NCBI GenBank assembly: GCA_964016885.1
Contig: OZ024740.1
Coordinates: 259,470,001 to 259,534,000, forward strand
Source of the DNA: Eledone cirrhosa
Taxonomy: Eukaryota
Reading direction: 5' to 3'
DNA length: 64,000 nucleotides
How positions within the stretch are numbered: the first letter of the stretch is position 1; each line of letters starts with the position of its first letter. The translations under genes and the position numbers were made by a program. The notes below the pieces were generated by a model. It searched no databases, had not been told where the DNA came from, and worked only from the letters and a program-made list of their open reading frames with translations. Of this stretch, positions 53,793-64,000 are shown piece after piece.

Positions 53793-54417
53793 CAAACAAT
53801 GTACATAACATCTCAATTAAATAAGACTGCTAAAATAAATTTAATACAGTAAAATAAATACATATGAAACATCTAATACAAAATCAATGATGGGGGAGAT
53901 CCCAGTAAAGTAATCTAAGATAAGAATATTTCGCAAGCATCTTTCCCTGGGGATAGAGTCTTAGTTAAGCAACCTAAAACTAGAAGGCTCCACTAAGTTT
54001 CCTTACTGTAGTTACCACGATCAAGAAACAGTACTGACCATTCCAATAGATTGATTGATACAGTCCATCCTGCCATCTTTTCATCAGAGAGATTTTGTAA
54101 GGTATAAAAAAAATATATAAACCTGTTAACTGAAAGGAGTTCATCAGACAGACACACACTCACGCACACACACATATATATATATATATGTATGATTGTA
54201 AAAGGTAAACAGAAATAACAACACAATCAGTGTGTGTGTGAGAGAGTTTTAATATTTTTTGTTATAAATAATGTGTTTATTAGACATGTATAATACATAT
54301 GTAGTGTATGATGTGTTATGACATACTACAATATATTGTTGTATATATTGAATATTGTGTGTGTGTGTGTGTGTATATGTATATATTGCATATTTTGTGT
54401 TATATATATTTTATATT

Positions 54418-55027
54418 TCGTTTCTGAATTTGTTTAGCAAGATTCTTTATCTGAAATCGTGTGTTGAAACCGATATTGTTATACTTTGGGAGGGTCATGT
54501 TGCCATAGAATCTACACACAGAAAAGACGCAATGTTTAGACAAATCACAGAGGCAATAAACATAAAAGAATTACAACCAAAATTAAATAGAAAACATGAG
54601 TGGAACAGCAACATCACAACTTACAATTAAGGACAAAATGAAAACACACACACACATAGAACAAACAACCAACCAGTAACATGTAAATAAACAAATAAAT
54701 AAACAAATATAAACACACACAGACACCCGGATGTGGCGCATGCGCAGACTGAGCACACAACACACACACAGAAACAAAATGGCATAGGACAGAACAAAGG
54801 AGAGGCACAAAAACAAAGAAAAGAATCCCCAGTCACTGAAGAGGTCACAGAATGTGTGACGAAAGAACTATGACAATATATAAACAACTATCTGGTTGTG
54901 GAACCAACCAACCAACCAGAAATTTATAAATTCCTAAATTTATAAATTTATTATAATAAATTGAAGTGAAAGCAACTGGTGCATGTGTTTCTTATTGGCA
55001 ACATGACCCTCCCAAAGTATAACAATA
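54418..55027 (+). mobile_element. PLE 3' fragment (GIY-YIG C-terminus, hammerhead) with inverted 5' terminal copy
   Basis: RQITEAINIKELQPKLNRKHEW resembles a PLE endonuclease C-terminus; hammerhead at 54832-54874; 54418-54505 is inverted and carries the extra tail. Confidence 0.8.
54832..54874 (+). ncRNA. Minimal type I hammerhead ribozyme
   Basis: GUCA-CUGAAGA-G-GUCACA(gaaug)UGUGAC-GAAA-GAAC-UA-UGAC. Confidence 0.75.
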
Positions 55028-56028
55028 TATTTTATATATTTCCTTAAAAAATTATAATTTAAATGATATATCATTATGCTTTATCACATTCTATATATTT
55101 TGGAGTTGTACTTGTTACAAATCAACTGAGGTGATGTGTTGAAACTGGAACATATGGAAGAATCATTTTAGTCATCTAAAACCTATAAAAACTGTTATTT
55201 TTTTACTTTTCATATATTTCATAATGTTCAAATTTTCATTATGTTTCTGCCATTTGGTCACTGTCAGAATCCCACTGTAATGGAACTATGTCAGTGATTT
55301 GGTTGCAAAGAATGCAACAAAATGCATAAGATCACAAAATAAATGAAAAGCAAATATAACAAATATATTTTATTTATTTCATTATGATGGTGGATAGACA
55401 ATATCTGTAGAGCATCCCTTTATGTTCTGAGTCCAAACCCTGCCTAGATCAGCTTTGCCTTTCATCCCTATGGGGTTAATAAAACAAAGTACCTATAACA
55501 CACTGAGGTTGATTTAATCAACTTTCCCCTCCCTCAAAATGATTGGCCTTGTACCTAAATCAGAAACCATTATCATATATCTACATAATATGTAAAGTGG
55601 TTAACATTAGGAAGGGCAACCATGCCAAAAATGGAACATAAGCAAGTCAGAGTCTGCTGACCTTACCACACTACCACCGCTGTCACAACCCTACCTCCAC
55701 CACCATCATCATTTTTCTGTCTACTTTTTCATCCCTACACATTTCCCTTCTATATGGTATTAGATAAATCATTATCATGTTTTTACATCTGTTATACATA
55801 TGGTATTGAAGACTTAAAAACATTATATGCCAATTTCACATTGAAGCTTTTTGCTTGCTCAAAACAGATCCAGTTATCATCAGTCATTCATATACTCTTA
55901 GCTTCTTTAATCCCCACCGTGTGTAGTACCCTGTCCAAGGCTTTTTCTATTTAAAATGATAGCAGTAGAATAAATATATATCTTTCCAAGATGGTCCACA
56001 TGTTAAAGTATTGATATTTATGAATACA

Positions 56029-56858
56029 CTAGCTGTCCTGTCCGGCTGGCGCTCGGCTAGGTATACCTGCCCCCACCACTCCACTGCAAAGATACCACAC
56101 ACCCTCCCGTGTCACATTGTCCTTCCGACTCTCTCTCTGAATAACTAACACTTTAATTGTATCTCTCTCTCTATTCCCCTCCCTCTGTTTTTCCGTCTCT
56201 CTCGGTAGATGTGTGTGTGGTTTTCCTAATCATTCTCTAAATCTCTCTCTATATGTGTATATATTGAAGGGAGATACGGAAACTAAAACAGTGTTGTCAT
56301 ATAGAGAGTGAAGAGCGACAGAGAGAGTAAAGCAGTTAAATTATAGAGAGGGGGAATGATCTTGCATACATACATATAAAGTATAGATATGTGTTTGTGT
56401 ATGTGTGTATGTGTATGTGTGTGTCTGTGTGTTTTGTTTTGATGTTATCCGGCAATTGGTGAAATCGGGTGTGAAAGTCTGTGTATTTGTGTGTGTTACT
56501 TATGCGAGTGACGACAGAAAAAGTGTGGGATACATACATTATTATATTTTTCAGTGTTGCCTTTTGATGTATGTATTACCTGCTGTCATATAGAGAGTGA
56601 AAGGAGACAGAGTAAAGCAGTTAAATTATAGAGAAGGTGAAAGAGGGAGAGAGAGATAGAGACGACGCTCAGCTTTATAATATTTGAGAGTGAAGAGCGA
56701 CAGAGAGAGTAAAGCAGTTAAATTATAGAGAGGGGGAATGATCTATTTATAGAGAGAGGGAAGAGCGATGGAGAGAATAAAGCTAAGAAACTATAGGGAG
56801 GTGTGTAGGATACATACATACATAATACACACGATACTCAGCTTTATAATATTGTAGA
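56029..56858 (-). mobile_element. Non-autonomous Helitron
   Basis: On (-): begins TC after a host A, ends CTAG before a host T, with GC-rich subterminal hairpin (56042-56056). Internal AG-rich repeats, no TSD. Confidence 0.7.
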
Positions 56859-56902
56859 TGTACATTAATAGGGATGTATATATTTATGTACATAATATAT
56901 AT

Positions 56903-57118
56903 GTAAAGTGGCCGTGTAGGTATCACAATAAAAAGCACCCAGTACACACTGTAAATGTAGTTGGCATTAGAAAGGGCATCCAGCTGTAGAAACCTAGCCT
57001 AAATCAGTTCTGTATAAGCAAAGCATGGTCATCTAACCTGGCTTGTCTCACAATTGGGCAACTTGTCTAACCCATGCTAGAGTGGAAAAATGGACATTAA
57101 ACGATAATGATGATGATG
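56903..57118 (+). mobile_element. RTE 3' UTR fragment
   Basis: AAGGGCATCCAGCTGTAGAAA...AACCCATGCTAG...GGACATTAAACG(ATG)n. Confidence 0.8.
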
Positions 57119-57253
57119 AAGGTACGCACACACACACAGATATACAACCATGCCATTTGGAAATAGAATGTGAGATGTGTGTACGTGGTATATGTAACCT
57201 TGTGTATATTTACTATGTAATTCTCATCTGTTTGGTGGCACTATTCTTTACAG

Positions 57254-58195
57254 ATGGTGAAAGTAATGTCTCCTGTCCATCAGAATTCTGACAAAGGAAA
57301 CCTAAACTCAGACAGCAAATCTGCTACTCAACAGAACACTTCTGTTTCCAAACCAAATTCACAGACACAGTCAATTGAGGCCAAAGTTGCTTCTGGTGAC
57401 ATTTCTAACACCACCAACATCACTACAACGACCACCACCACCACTATCGCAGTCAGCACCACTCCCCCCATCATGACCACTATTGCTACAAGACTTCCGC
57501 CAGCTCTCGATAGCCATAATTATGCCAAGAGCCCCATTCTGGAAGAGGTGAAACCGATAGAAGATAAAGAAGCTGAAAATAATTTGGCAGATCCCAGCCT
57601 TCAGCCTCCATCAGCTAGCCTACAGCCTCCTCAAAGCTTACCTCTATATTCCACCAAAGCCGATGTAACTAGACTTTCAGCAGAAAACCTACAGCGACAT
57701 CAGTTACACACCGTTAAAGAGAGTAATGTGAAGATCCACATCGCAGTCACTGATGACAGGGAAGGAGAAGTCACGCTTCCAAAAACTGTGTCATCAACAG
57801 ATGTAACGAAACCTCTTAAAATTGAAACCCGTTTTGGGGGATCATCTGGCCCCGGCAGTGGGAGCACTGACACTGCTTCAGATTCAGGAAGTGTTATTAA
57901 TTCACCGAACATTGTCCCTGTTGTTTCAACATTGGGAAGTTCATTGACCAGCCATGACGGTGACACGACAGCCCCATCAAGCAGGCCAACTGACACACAG
58001 CAAAACAAAGCAACAAAGGAACCAGATGGGTCAGTCAAAGAAGAGAAGATGGAATGTGATACTCAGACCACCAAAGAGGCCTCTGGTATACAACCTGTGA
58101 AAGAAGAAACTGTATCAAGGTCTAACCCTGTCAACCCATCCAACCACCCTAAGTCCAGCACAAGGCAACACACAAGACAAGCCTTTACCCCAAAG
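57254..58195 (+). CDS. BAP1: Internal coding exon of ubiquitin carboxyl-terminal hydrolase BAP1 (disordered middle region incl. HCF-1-binding motif)
   Basis: Open 314-codon frame between acceptor TTCTTTACAG| and donor AAG|GTAAG. Motifs are collinear with human BAP1 as I recall it: RLPPALDSHNYAKSPILEE ~ RLPAFLDNHNYAKSPMQEE; PLKIET ~ PLSIKT; STDTASDSGSVINSP ~ STDTASEIGSAFNSP; FTPK ~ YSPK. An alternative in-frame acceptor at 57283 is possible. Confidence 0.88.
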
Positions 58196-58381
58196 GTAAG
58201 CTGATTATGTCTTCATGTTCTATAGTTTTTGTTATTGGTGTTTTTATTTTTTTCCATCATTGAGACTATGCCACTGCTACTGCTGATGTCAATTTATTTT
58301 GTATGAACTAATTTATCTTCATTGATATATGTATATATATATACATAAATATATATATGTATATATATGTGTATATATATG

Positions 58382-58428
<47 letters not shown>

Positions 58429-58431
<3 letters not shown>

Positions 58432-61165
58432 AAACCTAAGATCAATATGAAGGATCACAAAAGAAACTTTGAAAATGATTTACCAGTCAGATTAATTGCA
58501 CCATCTAAATCTGACCTGGTCAAACTTAGCAAAAATATTCTAGACAGGGTAATACAACAAATTAAAAACTTACCTAATTTATCTTACTTAAAATTATGGA
58601 AAGGGACTAGTGAGGTTATCGATTGGTTTAAAGAAATTAAATATAACTATAATAATAAGTTTATTCAGCTGGATATTGCTAACTACTATTCATCTATCAC
58701 TCCTAATCTACTGAATAAGGCACTAAATTACACATTTAAACATACAGACCTAACTAGCAATGAAATGCACATTATATTATCGGCAAGGAAAACATTGATA
58801 GAATTTAATAACCAACTCTGGACTAGGGCAGATAGAAATAATAATTTCGACATAACTATGGGATCATCAGACTCAGCTCAGGTAACGGACCTTGTGGGCC
58901 TATTTATAATTAATTCGCTACATAGAAAAATACCAGGTGTAACCGGAGGCTTATATCGTGATGACATGCTTTTACTTATACAAAATAATAGCTGTGAACT
59001 AAATAGAAAAAGAAAACAAATTATACAATTTTTTAATTACCATAATCTAAAAGTAGAAATAGAGAATAACCATAAAATAGTCAATTTTCTTGACGTAACA
59101 CTAAATCTCAACACATGTCTTCATTATCCATTTCACAAACTAAATGAGAACTTGAATTATGTTAATTTTAACTCTAATCACCCCAGATCTGTAAAAAATA
59201 CTATAGTGAACTCTGTTCAAGAAAGAATTTCAAGAATTTCATCTAATAAAAATATATTTGATGAAAAAGCGCAGTATTACAACGAAGCGTTAGGTAGAGC
59301 TGGATATAGAAATGAAATTAAATACATTGATAATAATAATAAGCAAACTAACCAAAATAATAACAATTTTAATTATGGTAACAACTTTAGCAACTATAAT
59401 AGAAAACATTACAATAATTCCAAAAGCTGAAAAAGAAATAGAACTAGAAACATATTATGGTTTGCTCCCCCTTTCTCACTAAATATTAAAACCCCTATTG
59501 CTAAACTATTCTTTAAAGCTCTTGACAAACGCTTCCCTAGAACACATAAATATTACTCAATTTTTAATACACACTATAAAATTAACTTACTCGTCCACCA
59601 AAAATTTAGCACAAAATATTAATAATAGAAATTTAAAACCTAACCAAAATACCAATAATAACCCAAGCAATATTCAATTGAATAACTGTAACTGTAGAAA
59701 TAAATCTAACTGTCCGTTAAATAACAACTGCTTAGCTAAAAATGTAGTGTACAATTGTAATGTCAAAACTAATTTAAATTTGTTTAACTATGTTGGTTCT
59801 ACCTCGACTGAATTTAAATTTTGCTTCAATAATCATAAAAATTCTTTCACAGATCCAAACAAAAAATCTTCAACTTCGCTATCTAGCCTACTATGGGACT
59901 TAAAACGAGATAATGTTAAATATTCGATGACTTGGAATATTATTTCTAAGCTACTCCTTTTAATTCCTCTTCAGAAAATTGTGATCTTTGTATTGAAGAA
60001 ATATTCTTTATATTAAAGTCCAAAAATTCCCTTAATTTAAGGAACAATTTATTCAGTTGCTGCAGACATAGATTGAACTCAACGTTTAAATATAAATATA
60101 AATTTAAAATGTAGTATAATTAATTAAGTAATTTAGTTAATATATAAAACCTGTCGATAAATCATTAGATTCCTTCACCTTTTTCTTTTTAAACTTTATT
60201 CCTAAATATAAACATAGATATAATAAACTACTTTAAAATGTCTATACTTACAATATCTTAAATAAAATATGTTGGATAAATTTCTATACTAAATATAAGA
60301 ATATCTGTAGAATCCTTGGGTTTTTTTAAATCTTTTAAATTTTTGAATTTTAAAAATTGTTTAAATTTTTTTTTAAATTTTTTGAAGTTTTTAGATCTTT
60401 AAATTTTTAAATTTTTAAATTATATTGATATAATATTTATTTAACTTTTATTTTATTTTATTTTTATTTATTTTAATTAGTTTTGCTTTGATTCTGATAG
60501 CTTCTCATAATTCTCATAAGTCTACCCTTTCAATATCTTGATTAAAATATAAGTAGGATAATTTTCTATACTAAATATATGAAACATATTATTTTAACTT
60601 AAGATACTCTATAGTGTTTTAAAGATATTTAATGCTTTGACATTTCTAGAATTCGTTTGTCCTTTTGACTATACCGATATAGTTGTATTTCCAAAATATA
60701 ATCCTTTGGTATTTTAAATTTATATTGGTATAATTATATTTCCAAAGTATAATCCTTAGTAATATATTGATATTTGATTATCTCTATACAAAAGTATATG
60801 TGTGTATTAACATGCATATAAAAGTGTTATAGGTTTTTTATGATTGCATATATGTCTGTGTGTATACATGAGCGACATTTATTTATACATATATAGGTGT
60901 ATATGTATATATGTGTGTGTATGTATATGTGTGGGTAAAAGTTATGTTGCATAACCACGCAGTTTGGATTGCAGAAATGTTAAATGCATGAATGGTAATC
61001 ATATATATGAAGTCATGAATGTTAATCGTATATATTTATGTGTATATATACTGTGAACTTTTTATAACACAAGGATTGTATAGCAGTGATTAACAGAAAT
61101 CGTCTGCGCTTTATATGTCTATATTGTTGACTTGAGTAAATATAATTTCTATTTTCAGGACGTGC

Positions 61166-61251
<86 letters not shown>

Positions 61252-61988
61252 GTGTCTTTGCCTGAGAATTAAACCCAAATTTTGGTATATTGATCTCAAG
61301 GTTTAAACTAAACATATAGTCATTATTAAACAATGTTTAATTTCTCATATTATATATTTATGTCCCATTCATGAATATTAATATTTATATTTTTATTATT
61401 CATTTCATATGAATTGTTAACTCAACTTAACATGACATGACGTAAAGTTTTCATAATCTCCCTCTCTCTCTATATAACATTTCTCTCTCTTGAGTTTTTC
61501 TATCTGTCTGTTGACTTAATATCTCTCTGTTGCTTTCCTTTGTTTTTCTTATTTCTTCCTTTTTTCTTCTTTCTTCCTTTCCTTCTGTCTTTACTTATCT
61601 CTTTCCTTTTTTTTTTTCTCCATGCATCTCTCTCTCTCCGATATTTCTCCACGTTTTTTTCTTTCTCTCCGTCTTTTGCTAATTGTCCTTAACACTATGA
61701 CTTATTAAAGTAATATAAACAAATCACTATCCGGAAGACTTCCAAAAACAATGGTTGCATTTTAATAGGGTACGTCAAAGCTTATTTGTAAAACTGTTAT
61801 ATATTGTATTTTGTCTGATGAAGGCATACCATAATTTAATTTGGTATCCCTGAAATATGTATAATGAAATAAATATAGTTTCCATTTATTAATATCGTAT
61901 ATCTACTCCAAATACTTGTCGAGTGCTTTATATCATTTATAAAAATATTTACTTGTTGTATCCCAACAATTTTAAATAGAACTTTTGC
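58429..61988 (+). mobile_element. 5'-truncated PLE (Naiad-type) with long AT-rich 3' UTR and hammerhead
   Basis: ORF 58357..59430 (FIQLDI, MGSSDSAQ, GLYRDD), then WFAPPF and 59498..60016 (CNCRNKSNCPLNNNC, VVY..YVG). Linking the 3' region to 61988 is inferred from the hammerhead. Confidence 0.85.
61807..61871 (+). ncRNA. Type I hammerhead ribozyme
   Basis: UAUUUUGU-CUGAUGA-AGGCAUACCA..UGGUAUCCCU-GAAA-UAUGUA-UA-AUGAAAUA; homologous fold to 18654-18714 with compensatory changes. Confidence 0.8.
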
Positions 61989-62644
<656 letters not shown>

Positions 62645-63051
62645 ATTGTTATACTTTGGGAGGGTCATGTTGCCAATAAGAAACACACGCACCAGTTGCT
62701 TTCACTTCAATTTATTATATATTTATAAATTTATAAATTTACAAATCTACAAACTTATAAATTTCTGGTTGGTTGGTTGGTTCCACAACCAGATAGTTGT
62801 TTATATATAGTCATAGTCCTTTCGTCACACACTCTGTGACCTCTTCAGTGACTGGGGATTCCTTTCTTTGTTTCAGAAATTTATAAGTTTGTAGATTTGT
62901 AAATTTATAAATTTATAAATATATAATAAATTGAAGTGAAAGCAACTGGTGCGTGTGTTTCTTATTGGCAACATGACCCTCCCAAAGTATAACAATATCG
63001 GTTTCAACACACGATTTCAGATAAAGAATCTTGCTAAACAAATTCAGAAAC
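62645..63051 (-). mobile_element. Short PLE 3' fragment with hammerhead and inverted 5' copy
   Basis: Body 62645-62872(-), inverted copy 62873-63051(+); same termini as the three other copies. Confidence 0.8.
62809..62853 (-). ncRNA. Minimal type I hammerhead ribozyme
   Basis: AGUCA-CUGAAGA-G-GUCACA(gagug)UGUGAC-GAAA-GGAC-UA-UGACU. Confidence 0.77.
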
Positions 63052-63082
63052 GACATATATATATATATATACGTATACATAT

Positions 63083-64000
63083 ATCATCATCATCATCATC
63101 ATCAACGTTTAACGTCCGTGTTCCACGCTTGCATGGGTTTGGACGGGCGTTTTCCCACTTGAGGCAAGAGTGATTGTCTTGCTCGCATAGGACTGTCTGG
63201 CGGGTTTTCTACAGCTGGATGCCCTTCCTAACACCAACCACATTTACAGTGTGGGGCTGGGAGGTTTTTACCGTGTTGCCTACACGGCCACATTACAGCG
63301 TGGACTGTCTGGCGGGTTTTCTACAGCTGGATGCCCTTCCTAACACCAACCACATTTACAGTGTGGGTCTGGGAGGTTTTTACCGTGTTGCCTACACGGC
63401 CACATTACAGCGTGGGCTGTGTGTTTTTTTGTCGTGACACCTACACGATCTCATTTGTTTCGGCCTGGATGGTGTGGCACCAACATAACTTTACATAGAA
63501 GGGGGCGGTGTGGATGGGGTGGGGGTGGTGGGACGAGGGTGTATTTGTTAGAGATGCCTACTGACTGTAGTAGGTTTTACTATGTATTTAGGTAAGGCGG
63601 GTCTTCTCTATTACTGAGTACCGCCAAAGGTCTCGGTCCAGTGACATTGTCTTGGAGAGGTGTAAGTGTGTGAGGTCGGAGTTTATCAGCTCGTCCCAGG
63701 TTTTTCTAGGTCTGCCTATTCCGTGGCTACCGTCTATCTTTATTGCCCTGCACTTTGTTATACAGCTATCGACTTTCATGCGCATCACGTGTCCATACCA
63801 ACGTAGCCTTCTCTCGAGTAAACAACATCCGATCCCTCTTATTTCTAATTTTTTCCTTAGTTCGTTTATGCTTTGCCGTTCACGTATATTACTATTACAC
63901 ATCCAGCGGAGCATGCAAGCTTCGTTCCTCTCTAGTCTGCGTATATCCTCTGCACACAATGCCCAGGTCTCACTGCCATGCAACATTGCTGTTCGTATGC
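63083..64000 (-). mobile_element. RTE-clade LINE 3' end (continues beyond window)
   Basis: ORF 63588..63986(-); (CAT)n tail; 112-bp tandem duplication in the 3' UTR (63190 and 63302); very similar to 4802-5610. Confidence 0.92.

Overview
AT-rich, repeat-saturated animal genomic DNA. The TE complement and very long (TA)n/(TATG)n arrays suggest a cephalopod such as Octopus (inference). One host exon is recognisable: a 942-bp phase-0/0 exon at 57254-58195 (+) encoding the middle region of BAP1, with the HCF-1-binding motif RLPPALDSHNYAKSP, STDTASDSGS and a terminal FTPK. No other BAP1 exon was found, so the rest is probably intron (>57 kb upstream). It is filled by: (i) many RTE-clade LINE copies (APE endonuclease, RT and an embedded PHD-like finger; one near full length); (ii) six Penelope-like elements (PLEs) with the Naiad-type CxCx5CPx4C knuckle and GIY-YIG endonuclease, plus short fold-back 3' fragments of other PLE families; (iii) tRNA-headed SINEs with RTE tails and a 600-bp bipartite RTE-derived element; (iv) a decayed Ty3/gypsy pol and a non-autonomous Helitron. 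The most striking hidden structure is a dense set of about a dozen type-I hammerhead ribozyme motifs at PLE 3' ends and in palindromic mini-insertions, from about 9 sequence families. They include non-canonical cores (CAGAAGA, CCGAAGA), many are followed by an AGYRCT hexamer, and several lie sense to the BAP1 pre-mRNA. All ribozyme folds were done by eye and are untested.
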